Of a DNA stretch of 64,000 nt, positions 1-12,171 are shown one piece after another (within the stretch, counting starts at the first letter, position 1; each line of letters starts with the position of its first letter). Both the position numbers and the translations under genes were made by a program. The notes beneath the pieces were generated by a model, which was not told the DNA's origin, did no database searches, and worked only from the letters and a program-made list of their open reading frames with translations. The stretch lies in contig OX597818.1 in the NCBI GenBank assembly GCA_951406725.2, forward strand, positions 50,778,001-50,842,000, given 5' to 3'. The stretch is from Octopus vulgaris (taxonomy: Eukaryota).

Positions 1-367
1 TGTATATTTGTATTTATATATGTGTGTACGTGGGAATGTAATATATACAAAGAGTTATCACTATGTTATATAAATGTACTTTGTTCAATGTACATATGAC
101 AGTTGACAATTTATTATCGGTTGGAAGATATCAGCAAGTATCAGCTAACAGTTTATTTGCTGAAGTTATAAAGAAAATCTTCGAACTTTTGTTAGATTCA
201 TTAGGCTGGGCTGCCACTGGCTGACGAGACACAATGATATCGAAACATCGGCTGCACTAATGAATAGAATATGTTATGAACAAACGTTCGTCGTAAAGAA
301 GAAGCTGTCCTTTGATGAAACACAAAAGTGGCTAGCGTATTCACGTTGGGATCTGCAGGAACACATT

Positions 368-371
<4 letters not shown>

Positions 372-427
<56 letters not shown>
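372..427. repeat. (TA)n microsatellite
   Basis: Pure TA run. Confidence 0.95.
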
Positions 428-431
<4 letters not shown>

Positions 432-549
432 TTCAAAATACGGTTTTAACCAATCCGCATGCATCTTAAACATCACGGTTTGCCATGCGTACCGATATTC
501 TGCAATTTGTTTATATTTATATGCTAGAGATATTTTTTAATCCGCATCA

Positions 550-960
550 TTAACTGGTTGTTATATAATTGCTGTTACTTCCGTTCAGAACAGGTTTTAA
601 CATTTTAATAAACCGCGTTTCTTTTATCCTTCTTCCAGCCTCATTTATGTCATGTAGTTTGTGGAAAGGAAAAATTAGTAACATTTTCTGGCCACATGTC
701 TCTATATGCTCTCTCAATGGAATTTGGGGAACATTCCCTGTCTCGCCTATATATAGTTCCTCTCACTTCTGGCATTTAATTCAATAGATCATATTTCTCC
801 TTTTGCAGCTCATATATGCATTTGCGAAAATCTGTCCATTTTTTGTTATAATGGATTTACCAGTATGCATGTATTGACACGTTCTTCATCTGTTATCATT
901 ACGCTTCGATACCGTATTCTAAAAATTCGACTTGTTGGAGCGTTCTAAGAGATACTAAAG
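550..960 (-). pseudogene. Penelope-like element 3' ORF fragment: Cys-rich linker plus GIY-YIG endonuclease (Neptune/Naiad-type)
   Basis: One frame on the minus strand reads TVSKRNDNR*RTCQYMHTGKSIITKNGQIFANAYMSCKRRNMIY*IKCQK*EELYIGETGNVPQIPLREHIETCGQKMLLIFPFHKLHDINEAGRRIKETRFIKMLKPVLNGS. This shows the xIY..YIGET motif and the C-terminal R..KE..FI..LKP.LN motif. There is an apparent internal deletion after GETG. Confidence 0.85.
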
Positions 961-1101
961 TGTCAAGAACTCAACTGTCAGCTAAACATATGTATGAAAG
1001 CGCTAATTTAACTTTATGAGCGTTACAAAATATATTTTCTTAATGTTAAAATAAAATATTAAAAAACGTGAAGACCAGGCCATGTTTTAACTTTATTCAA
1101 C

Positions 1102-1156
<55 letters not shown>

Positions 1157-2108
1157 TGCGTGTGTGTGTGAGTGTGTATATATGTGTATCTATGTCTGCA
1201 TGTACGTAATTATGTATGTATAAGTTTCATCATAAGGAGTTAGAAAAGTCGAGTGAACGTGAAATATTAGTTCGTTACGGTTGAACTCGAAGTACATAAA
1301 GCTATAAACAATAGTGTATAAATATTAGATTTAAAAACTTTTGAGTAGAATGTGTGTCACGTTTATAGATGTGGGTTTCTGTTCCATAGACACCTTCGAT
1401 TTTTTTTCATGGAAAGGGCTTTTAAACCCAATTTTTACATTTAACTATTTATAGCTTTATTTATTTCTAGTTCAACCGTTAAAAACGAATTATATATAGC
1501 AATACACGTACATTCATATATACACATATGCGTGTGTGTGCAAGTATATATGTATATGTGTATGTATATATGAAATGTATTTTCCACCTAATATTTTAGA
1601 TGTTTGATATTTGTACGTTACTCACTGTTTAATTTTCCTCCAGTTACATCATATTGGATAAATTTTAAGTATTTAACTATTCTGGAGTAAATACATAAGT
1701 ACTAACATCACCTGAATATATTTCAAAACTGAACAATACCCCATTATGTCTTGGAAATTTGATCAATGTCTCCTCATTGAATAAATAAGCATCGACATTT
1801 TAAAAGATAAAAGCCACCATTTCAGAAGTTTTTGAGCTCAACAATACAATATCACATCTTCATCAGAAACTGAACAAACGACGTTCGAGGAACACAATGT
1901 TACATGTTACTGAGATTTTATTTTATTCTCTCTATTCATTTCCTTATGTTAGCTGCCATTTTCTACAAAATATATGTTGTTAAATTGAATTGACTAACTT
2001 TTGTTTATTTCCTCTGCATTTCATATGCTTCTTACCGTTTAGTCGGAGAGGAAAAGGCATCATCTATGATTCTTCTTTTCTTTTTAAGTCTACTAGATAT
2101 GTAAAAGA

Positions 2109-2428
2109 GGAGGCACAATGGCCCAGTGGTTAGGGCAGCGGACTCGCGGTCGGAGGATCGCGGTTTCGATTCCCAGACCGGGCGTTGTGTGTGTTTATTG
2201 AGCGAAAACACCTGAAAGCTCCACGAGGCTCCGGCAGGGGTGGTGGTGACGACCCCTCTTGCACTCTTTCGCCCCAACTTTCTCTCACTCTTTCTTGCTG
2301 TTTCTTGAGTAACGCTGCGATGGACTGGCGTCCCGTCCAGCTGGTGGGGGAACACATACGCCACAGAAACCGGGAAACCGGGCCCACGAGCCTGGCTAGG
2401 CTTGAAAAGGGCGCAAGAAGAAAAAATA
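2109..2428 (+). mobile_element. tRNA-derived SINE (octopus OR-like head), tail type a
   Basis: A/B-box-like head TGGCCCAGTGG..GGTTTCGATTCCC, A-rich end, 14-bp TSD AGATAtGTAAAAGA / AGATAaGTAAAAGA at 2095-2108 and 2429-2442. Confidence 0.9.
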
Positions 2429-4051
2429 AGATAAGTAAAAGAAAGAGATGTCCACGAAACGCACCCGGGGACCAGGTAGTGGTATTAAACCGGTTGGCGG
2501 ATTTAGTCCAAATTCAAAACACTGAGAACCTGTAGAAATAGAACAAATACCTCCACACATTTCGTTCAGCACTCTAATAATTCATTTAATTCATTCTATG
2601 GATTGTTATTTGGTTTTATTGATCCACAAAATTTCTTTTTAAAAAGTGGATCTAGGCAGAATTTGAACAAAGAGTGCAGTTTGCCACGTCAGTTCCCGTG
2701 GGGGTAATTTTCCTACCTTTTATCGACTCTGATTATTCGCCGGATATCATATCAATTCACATGCTTTCGGTCATTTGTAGCTTTTTAACATGTCTCACCA
2801 CGTTGATGAATTATCAAAACTGATAATGTTTACTCTGTTGCTTCGTTTGTTTACTGTTAAAATATTTGTTCAAAACCGTTTCCAATAATTATAACATTTT
2901 TTTTCAAAAATGCCGTGCTCAAGCTCCGGTAATATAATGTTCATCTCTTAATGCCCTATCCATTATTTCTGGAAAAAAAACTCTATGAAGCATGGGTCAC
3001 TCATCTCAAATCATAACATCGGCTTTAGCCATAAATTTTAAGCAGCGTTTTCACTCTGTTGTGAAATAGCACTAACTGGGATGAATAGAAAGCTTAATGC
3101 GGAACTAGCTGCTTTCAATCCGGAAAGTATGACAGCAACTATTAATGAGGCACTATTAATTATAATGATTCTATCTGTAAGGATAAATAATAGACTGACA
3201 CTATACAGAAACGATTTCTCTGATCCCGCAGGTTCATCAAAGCTTTGGATGCAGGTAAAACATCAACGTTAATACCTTGTATTTTGTTATAGTTTTAACA
3301 CGAATTATTTGCTTTGATGCTTGGAATAAAGCTGCCCGCTGACCCATATTTAACATTTCCTTCAAAAAAATATTTTTACTGAATTTTTTCATTAAAAATT
3401 TATTTTTCATGAGAATGAGCAAAATTTTTTTTTTCTCGTTCTCTTAAAACCTCAGATATCAAGAATAATTTCTGCGTTAATGTTCAATTTAGCCATTATA
3501 GGCGTTATCACGGGTGGATAACTATTCTAAATGAATCCATTTCCACTTAAAATATGTTCAAAGATTTACACTGTATGCAGTCGAGAAGACCAGTGATTCT
3601 ATAGTATTCTCTGATGGTTATTTTTTTAAATGCGCTGAATCCTCGGGTTCTGCAAGATAACAACAAAGGCCAATTGACAAGAAAAGCCGCCATATTTGGT
3701 GAAGTGACATAGAAATATATGCACCCTCCATTACCAGATGGTTTCATTATCGTCATCTTCTAAATCCATTTTGATTGCAGCTTCTTTGTACATTGAACAA
3801 ACATCCTCATTAACAATTCACGTATCTTCAAATGATGTAGTTCCCAGAATATCTGTTAACAAAACTAAACACATGCGTCTAATGCAGTGGGTGTTAATTT
3901 TTCTCTCATTCCACATTATCTTGCTTTTATTCCATGTACGACACTCAGAACAGCAAGTAAATAGTGTGTGTCTTGAAGGAAGCAGCTGGTTCATTGCTAA
4001 TTCTCGTCTATTCATCTGGAGTTAAGTTGTTTCATTATATAATCTGTTCGG

Positions 4052-4315
4052 TTTACTCTTTTACTCTTTTACTTTGTTTCAGTCATTTGTCTATGGCCAT
4101 GCTGGAGCACCGCCTTTAGTCGAGAAAATCGACCCCAGGACTTATTCTTTGTAAGCCTAGTACTTATTCTATCGGTCCTCTTTTGCCGAACCGCTAAGTT
4201 ACGGGGACGTAAACACACCAGCATCGGTTATCAAGGGATGTTGGGGTGACAAACACAGACACACAAACACACACACACACATATATACATATACATATAT
4301 ATATATATATATATA

Positions 4316-4356
<41 letters not shown>

Positions 4357-4376
4357 ATATATACATATACATAGAT

Positions 4377-4407
<31 letters not shown>

Positions 4408-4604
4408 GATAGATAGATAGATAGATAGATATAGATATATACGACAGGTTTCTTTCAGTTTCAGTCTACCAAATCCACTCACAAGGCTTTTGTCGGCTCG
4501 AGGCTATAGTAGAAGACACTTGCCCAAGGTGCCACGCAGTGGGACTGAACCCGGAACCATGTGGTTGGTAAGCAAGCTACTTACCACACAGCCACTTCTG
4601 CGCC
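4052..4604 (-). mobile_element. CORE-type tRNA SINE with internal microsatellite
   Basis: Head GGCGCAG.AGTGGCTGTGTGGTAAG..GGTTCAGTCCC, CORE-like CCTTGGGCAAGTGTCTT, central TA/CA tract, (GTAAAAGA)n tail. About 13 copies in the window. Confidence 0.9.
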
Positions 4605-4858
4605 TTTTCTTCGTGAACATTAAAACGAACACTTTCTTATCCTTCTAAATAAACTATTATTGTTGGCTGTACATTTGGATATGAAGCATGTAATTCAAAC
4701 CACAACATCTTCCATGACACTTCGGATGCCGAAACATTGCAACCATCCATGGAGTTATCAATTTATAATCTGCTTTTGTTTCTCCTTGGCGAGTTCGCTT
4801 CAAAACCATGAGGTTTCGGGTTCAATACCACTGTGTGGCACTTTGCACACATGTTTTC

Positions 4859-5033
4859 TGGAGTGGATGTGTGGCAAGTAGCTTGCTTACGAACTACATG
4901 GTTCCGGGTTCAGTCCCACTGCGTGGCACCTTGGGTAAGTGACTTCTACTATAGCCTCGGGTCAACCAAAGCCTTGTGAGTGGATTTGGTAGACGGAAAC
5001 TGAAAGAAGCCCCTCATACATGTATATATATAG

Positions 5034-5091
<58 letters not shown>

Positions 5092-5654
5092 AACTTACTT
5101 GGAAAAGGATGCATAGCGTTCGATCGTGCTTATACTGTCTCCTTCATAAGCTCGTCCTCCTAGCGTTCAGAAGAATTTTTCTATCGTCTTGGCTTAATAG
5201 CCCCCAACGTTTGTTTTTACTGTTTTGTTCTCGCCGTCCTGTTCTTGTTACCACTTTCACCCTCCGCAAAAACCCCAAATTTTATTTAATTTGCTTTGAG
5301 GGAAGGACTGTTTCAACGAAGTCGCGTCTTCTCCTTACCTTCGAACCGCGGAGTAGATGAAACAGGGGCAACTGAAGAAGGGGAATATTTTTTGTGTCGT
5401 ATGTTTCGTTTCTCTGGTTTTTTTCGTTGTTCGAAACAAAGTTCGTTTCTATGTTCTTGTTTTTATGTCTTCGTTTCTCATTGTGTTCAACGTTTTTTTA
5501 TGTCCTGTACCCATATATGCATGTATATATACATATATATGTAGGTATGTACATACATGTATTTATATATGCATATAATTATATATTATTTATATTATAA
5601 CATATATATATATATATGTATATGTATATATATATATTTATATATTTATATATG

Positions 5655-5742
<88 letters not shown>

Positions 5743-5958
5743 TTTATATGTTTGTGTGTCTGTGTTTGTTCCCCCAACATCGCTTGACAACTGATGTCAG
5801 TGTGTTACGTCTCCGTATCTTAGCGGTTCGGCAAAAGAGACAGATAGAATAAGTACTAGGCTTACAAAGAATAAGTCCTGGGATCGATTTGTCCGACTAA
5901 AGGCGATGCTCCAGAAAGGCCGCAGTCAAATGACTGAAACCAGTAAAAGAACAAAAGA
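4859..5958 (+). mobile_element. CORE-type SINE whose internal microsatellite hosts a ~420-bp unrelated insert (5093-5510)
   Basis: 5' half at 4859-5015 and 3' half at 5740-5958 match the family. They are separated by (GATA)n, the insert and TA/TG repeats. Confidence 0.8.
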
Positions 5959-6166
5959 ATTGAAATTAAGAAAAATTGGTGCAACCGATACCGTTTATTC
6001 AAATTCTCCTTGGACCATTGTCCGGATGTTGGACGATTGTCCGGATGTCTATAATACGGTACCTACCGTCGTTCTGAGCTGATATTTGAAGCAAATATCG
6101 TTCATCATTAAGCATACACGACGCGTTATGACATCTCTCCTGTATGGTTCATGTAAACAGTTGTAA

Positions 6167-6953
6167 AGGCGGCGAGCTGGCAGAAACGTTAGCACGCTGG
6201 GCGAAATGCGTAGCCGTATTTCGTCTGCCGTTATGTTCTGAGTTCAAATTCCGCCGAGGTCGACTTTGCCTTTCATCCTTTCGGGGTCGATAAACTAAGT
6301 ACCAGTTACGCACTGGGGTCGATATAATAGACTTAATCCGTTTGTCTGTCCTTGTTTGTCCTCTCTGTGTTTAGCCCCTTGTGGGTAGTAAAAAAAAATA
6401 GGTATTTCGTCTGCCGCTACGTTCTGGGTTCAAATTCCGCCGAGGTCGACTTTGCCTTTCATTCTTTCGGGGTCGATAAATTAAGTAACAGTTACGCACT
6501 GGGGTCGATATAATAGACTTAATCCGCTTGTCTGTCCTTGTTTGTCCTCTCTGTGTTTAGCCCCTTGTGGGTAGTAAAGAAATAGGTATTTCGTCTGCCG
6601 CTACGTTCTGGGTTCAAATTCCGCCGAGGTCGACTTTGCCTTTCATCCTTTCGGGGTCGATAAATTAAGTACCAGTTACGCACTGGGGTCGATATAATAG
6701 ACTTAATCCGCTTGTCTGTCCTTGTTTGTCCTCTCTGTGTTTAGCCCCTTGTGGGTAGTAAAGAAATAGGTATTTCGTCTGCCGCTACATTCTGGGTTCA
6801 AATTCCGCCGAGGTCGACTTTGCCTTTCATCCTTTCGGGGTCGATAAATTAAGTAACAGTTACGCACTGGGGTCGATGTAATCGACTTAATCCATTTGTC
6901 TGTTCTTGCTTGTCCCCTCTGTGTTTAGCCCCTTGTGGGCAATAAAGGAATAG
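6167..6953 (+). mobile_element. Nin/Deu-domain SINE tetramer (one head plus four ~184-bp bodies)
   Basis: Units start at 6216, 6402, 6586 and 6770. Each contains GCCTTTCATCCTTTCGGGGTCGATAAA..AGTACC or a near variant. Confidence 0.9.
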
Positions 6954-7205
6954 GAAACTGAAAGAAATACATAGGTAGATAGATATGTGTGTGTGTTTGT
7001 GTACTCGTATGTCTTTGTGTACGTCGTTTACCCCACCATCGCTTGACAACCGCTGGTTTGTTTATGTGCCCATAACTTAGCGGTTCGGCAAAATAGGTCC
7101 GAGAGAATAAGTACCAGGCCTTAAAGAAACAAGTACCATGGACACTTCGTTCGACTAAAATCGCCTCAAGGGGTGGCCGCAGTCTATTGACTGAAACATT
7201 TGAAA
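6954..7205 (+). mobile_element. Diverged 3' half of CORE-type SINE
   Basis: CATCGCTTGACAACCGCTGGT..AACTTAGCGGTTCGGCAAAA..GACTGAAAC. Confidence 0.75.
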
Positions 7206-7212
7206 GATAGAT

Positions 7213-7608
7213 GGAAGCACTCCGTCGGTTACGACGACGAGGGTTCCAGTTGATCCGAATCAACGGAACAGCCTGCTCGTGAAATTAACGTGTAAGTGGC
7301 TGAGCACTCCACAGACACGTGCACCCTTAACGTAGTTCTCGGGGAGATTCAGCGTGACACAGAGAGTGACAAGGCTGGCCCCTTTGAAATACAGGTACAA
7401 CAGAAACAGGAAGTAAGAGTGGTGAAACAGGAAGTAAGAGAAACAGGAAGTTGTGGTGAAAGAGTACAGCAGGGATCACCACCACCCCCTGCCGGAGCCT
7501 CGTGGAAATTTTATGTGTTTTCGCTCAATAAACACTCACAACGCCCGGTCTGGGAATCGAAACCGCGATCCTATGACCGCGAATCCGCTGGGCCATTGCA
7601 CCTCCACT
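7213..7608 (-). mobile_element. OR-like SINE, tail type b
   Basis: Same head as 2109 with a different 3' tail ending GTAACCGACGGAGTGC. Approximate 16-bp TSD CATTTgAAAGATAgAT / CATTTaAAAGATAaAT. Confidence 0.85.
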
Positions 7609-7650
7609 CATTTAAAAGATAAATTATTAATGATAATATTTATAACGTGA

Positions 7651-7704
<54 letters not shown>

Positions 7705-10254
7705 TGAAACAGACGCTAGATTTATTTAATACGGTCCTGCTAAAAAATATTAATTTTTTTAATTCATTCCAAGAGAGATTATCAGTAAAACAATCATTCT
7801 CTTGATTAATAATTCTAGTCAAGAAAAGCATACGTGACATCCATGGAATTAAAAATTAATTGAAATTAATTAAAAATGGAATGTATTAGTAAATTGATTT
7901 TAATGTCTGGCTGTGTGGGGACAACACCGGACAGGTGTCGTTCTTAATAACGTTAATTAATCTTAATCCCACTGTTACTGACAATTTAAGATTTTCTTGA
8001 ATGAAAACCGAGTTGGTTCTACTTAATTTCATGCAGGATAATTGTATTATTTAGTTAATTGCGTAACTTTTCAAAACACCGGACCGTTTAGTATTAAATC
8101 AAGGTAAAGCTTATTGGTTAATCGCATATGCCAAAATATCCGTTTCTGATAACTGCATAAATATTTTTTATTGCTTTCCATTTATTTATTTATTTATTTA
8201 TTTTTTGGTTTGGTCAATTTTGAGTAAATATTTAATTTGATATAAAGGAAATGATTTTGAACGCTTTGCTTTTTGATGTTGAGATAAATATTAGTCTGTA
8301 CTTTACGGTCATAATATTTACAAACCTCTAATGTCAGTGGAGTCAAGTGTATTCATGTTATTCTTATCATTGTAATGAATTAAAATTTTATGAAGTTCTG
8401 CTTCTGATCTATTCGTATCTTAATTTTAATTGTGTAAAAAGCACTCTCAATAAATAAACATTCATTGTGAATATAATTTAGAAAAGCAACACCATTGTAT
8501 CAAGATAAATAAAAGTGTGAGCAACGGACGCTGCTTTGTTGATTCTGTTATCTTTTACAATAGCCTCTGATTCACCTGATTTATTTTTCTTAATCCGTAT
8601 GATACAAGTTTTTAACAATGAGTAATTCAGTGTAAAAGAAAAAAGAAACATTGACGTGTCGAGCGATTTTGATTAAATTTGGGTAGTTCAAAGATATCAA
8701 AGGGAACTGCCAAACTTTATGGGAGATATGTCAAACGTTTGTGAAGCTGATGCGTATCAATAAAAATAGTTTGGACTGTTAATAAATAAAATTTGTGTTC
8801 ACAAAACTTACTGCTTTTTTTTATATTTAAAGACATTTATTCGTGTTTTATTATATAATTCATACAAGTGCAACAGAACCATAGTAACTGACAATATATT
8901 CCAATATGCAGATGAATGAAATTAATTCTAAGGGGTTTTTTCTGCACTACCACATTGTTATCAGATGGTTTTAATGCAGGTAACTTTCTGAAGAAGCAGT
9001 GGGGAAAAAAATCTCCCTACATCTATACGAAAAGTCTTTTGAACCGAATATGTAGTTCTATCAAAGATTATACACTCTTCCTTTAGTTTAAAGCAACGAT
9101 AAATAGGAAAAAAGAAATTTATTAAGATTAAAATAGAGCCACTGGTTCTGTTAGATTTTTATTTTAGCAAGTGTTTGATTTGGATACTTCTAACGAAGAT
9201 GTATAACTTTCCTTTGATCGAAATTAGTAGTTTTCTGAAATCGCATTAAAGAATGGTTTCTTTCAATACGTCTTTTACATAAGATCTGAGTCCTAAGAAC
9301 CGGTTGTAAAAGAGTTTATTCTTCGCCGTCTGGATTAGGCACTCAGTTTCGTCAACTCCTTAAGGTATTCATAGGTGAGTGTCTCGTTATCAGTAAGCAA
9401 TAAATCTTGAATATCGCTTATATTAAGGTTTTACAAATTCTACTTCTTGCGCTTTTTGAACAAGATTATTATTGAGTGACTCTGTTTAATTCGCTATCAG
9501 GTGGTCTCCTTCAACTACATTTGTGCACAATTTTTGTCAGAGTCTCAATAAAACTAGTCAGGGCGAAATCTTCCCAAGCTCCTTTAAATAGTTTTTATTG
9601 CTGGCATAAACGTAAAATTGCTTGCGTAAATGTAATAATTTTATCGTTTAATCAACCGACTTAGAGTTCTAAGAAAATATATCTTGAAAGCAGAAATAAC
9701 TCCTTGATCAACAGTCTCATTTAGCGCAGTTGTATTTGCTGAGATGAATACAATTCCAGCAGTTGCACAAGTTTGGAGTCAATCGAAGTTTGCGGTCTTT
9801 TCACACAGTAATGTTTAGCAACAGAGCAGAAACGCTCAACAAACGGTTCAATAAACACATTCTGTGATCCATATTTTCTGTCAGATCTTCATATCAGAAA
9901 CGAGATATACAGGTGTCTTTTATGGCAGTTGGAATACCAGGATTTGTTCCTGTCAACAATGTAAGACTGTTATTTGCTGCTTTATTTTCATGTGCTTTTC
10001 TTTCATTCTTTGAGATTACTCTTACTCGGTAGAAGTTTACGCAACAGCGCACATTCATTTACATTAAAAATTAAATTTCATAGATATTTAACTCTTCTTC
10101 TTCTTCAATATATAATAGAAACTCCGATGAATCCTGAATGGCAGCATATGTTTCTTCCTCTCTTATCCGAAAGCTTTGAGATTAAACCATTTCCAAGACA
10201 CCCACAAGAAGCAACAAACCTTTAAGTGACATGCTTTGCTTTTATTCTTTCTCT

Positions 10255-10675
10255 TTTGTCTCTCTTACTTGTTTCAGTCATTTGACTGCGGCCATGCTGG
10301 AGCACAGCCTTTAGTCGAGCAAAATCGACCCCAGGACTTATTCTTTGTAAGCCTAGTACTTATTCTATCGGTCTTTTTTGCCGAACCGCTAAGTTACGGG
10401 GACGTAAACACACCAGCATCGGTTGTCAAGCAATGTTGGGGGGAGGACAAACCCAGACACACAAACATATACACACATACATACATACATACATATATAT
10501 ATAAGTGCATACATATATACGACAGGCTTCTTTCAGTTTCCGTCTACCAAATACACTCGCAAGGCTTTGGTCGACCCGAGGCTATAGTAGAAGACACTTA
10601 TCCAAGGTGTCACGCAGTGGGAATGAACACGGAACCATGTGGTTGTTAAGCAAGCTACTTACCACACAGCCACTC
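10255..10675 (-). mobile_element. CORE-type SINE with internal microsatellite
   Basis: Near-full match to the family. Confidence 0.9.
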
Positions 10676-11710
10676 TTTTTCATGGATGCCATGACGTAGC
10701 ATTAAGCGTGAACACTTGACATCCTCTACTTAAAATTTCTCATAATTTTGGTGGTTATGTGTGTTCACTTGAATTCAACATAGCAACTTGTGTTTTGTCA
10801 GATTGTTTCGTTATGGTGTTTAGAATTGACAATGTAAGTATTAATCATCTCAATCTTTCTGAGGATTAGGCACACCAGCAGAATGGTCATGTAATTTAAA
10901 TGTAGGGCTTTCTTTTTTGGTTCATTAGGTGTCCAGTATGTAGGTTCGTGTCATACCACATTCGAAGCATTGAAATTCAGTTTTGGTTAATTAACAAATA
11001 CAACATTGTCCATCCAAACCTGTATTCAACACATCAGACCAGTTCAACATGATGAAATAATGCCCATTGCCTTTTCCAAAAATGTTATCCAAATTTCCAT
11101 AATTGATAAACAATGATAGTGATGAAGATGAAATTGATAGCAGTGCTGGACTTTCTACAGATGCTGAATGCATACTTGAAATTTGGTATCAAGCTCATTT
11201 GCTCAAAAGTACGTGAGTTACAATTTTTAAAACCTCATGTCTCTTTCAAGAGAAAGCTACTCTTCTCGCCTCCGGATTGAAAGAAGAACATTATTAAAAT
11301 ATGCAGTGAGTCACTATCGAAAGTGAAATTATAATTTGACACCATTCTTCGCAATGCATGATCTGCTATAGCTTTGGCGTCAATGAATACTTCAGAAACT
11401 TTTTCAGACTCATGTGACATCTGACTGATGTCTCTTTATTGATTTATTACAAAGAAGCTTCAGAGAACTGCATACGGGGAATGCCAATTTATGCATCTTC
11501 TTTGCCTATATTTCCATTTTAAAGAGACACACAAGAAGATGGCTATAATACTTGATACTATTCCCTATGGTGTTCATCAATAGAATGTCGCTGGATATTT
11601 ACAGCGTTTTCAAGATTACGCTTGCGTGACAGCATGCCAATGACTTCGAAAGTTTTTCATGTCTGCGAATTGTTATAACCATTGCGCGGGATCTCTAAGA
11701 TCAACATATC

Positions 11711-11943
11711 TATTTCTTTACTACCCGCAAGGGGTTAAACACAGAGAAGACAAACAAGGACAGACAAACGGATTAAGTCGATTATATCGACCCCAGTGCG
11801 TAACTGGTACTTATTTAATCGACCCCAAAAGGATGAAAGGCAAAGTCGACCTCGGCGGAATTTGAACTCAGAACGTAACGGCAGACGATATACGGCTACG
11901 CATTTTGCCCGGTGTGCTAACGTTTCTGCCAGCTCACCGCCCT
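11711..11943 (-). mobile_element. Nin/Deu-domain SINE monomer
   Basis: 12-bp TSD GATCAACATATC at 11699-11710 and 11944-11955. Confidence 0.92.
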
Positions 11944-12171
11944 GATCAACATATCCCTAATTCAACTAATGAGCAGTGTTAAATTGTCGCTTTTGTTGGT
12001 TTCTAAAACAATTCTTTTATCTCTGCTTATTAAACTTAGTTTAATGGAAAGTTTTGTTAAAGCACTGAGTAACGTCAGCTTAAGGGATTTCAGTACATTT
12101 TTAATGAAGTTCCAGTGGAAAGTGCGGCAATTTAAAAGTGAGATTTTGTGGAGTCTCAGGGTATCAGGTTA

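Larger units (their letters stand above)
1650..4770 (-). pseudogene. Decayed Helitron Rep/helicase (PIF1-like) coding remnant, interrupted by SINEs
   Basis: Minus-strand peptides occur in the expected order: DGCNVSASEVSWKMLWFELH..VYLEG (~4630-4750), GTTSFEDT*IVNEDVCSMYKEAAIKMDLEDDDNE (~3740-3860), Walker A-like FDEPAGSEKSFLY (~3200-3245), Walker B-like VMI*DE*PMLHR (~2985-3020), MDRALRD (~2950) and FTPE*LNT (~1670-1690). Confidence 0.8.
8950..12110 (-). pseudogene. Highly decayed DNA-transposase-like remnant (hAT-like), split by two SINEs
   Basis: Scattered minus-strand peptides (FNTAH*LN*GYVDLRDP, SRKRNLENAVNIQRH, AAIQDSSEFLL, TNFDQ..RxKYP, SVQKTF) fall in the order I recall for a hAT-like family. 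The match is weak and from memory only. Confidence 0.35.

Noticed and set aside
2109-2185. tRNA gene
   Set aside because: The tRNA-like head runs into SINE body with a TSD, and the acceptor stem is not intact.
6167-6953. CRISPR-like regular array
   Set aside because: Whole 184-bp units repeat with no unique spacers, there are no cas genes, and the context is a eukaryotic SINE.
10236-10699. Recurring ORFs such as DGLLSVSVYQIHSQGFGRPEAIVEDTCPRCH
   Set aside because: Antisense translations of the CORE-type SINE, not a gene family.
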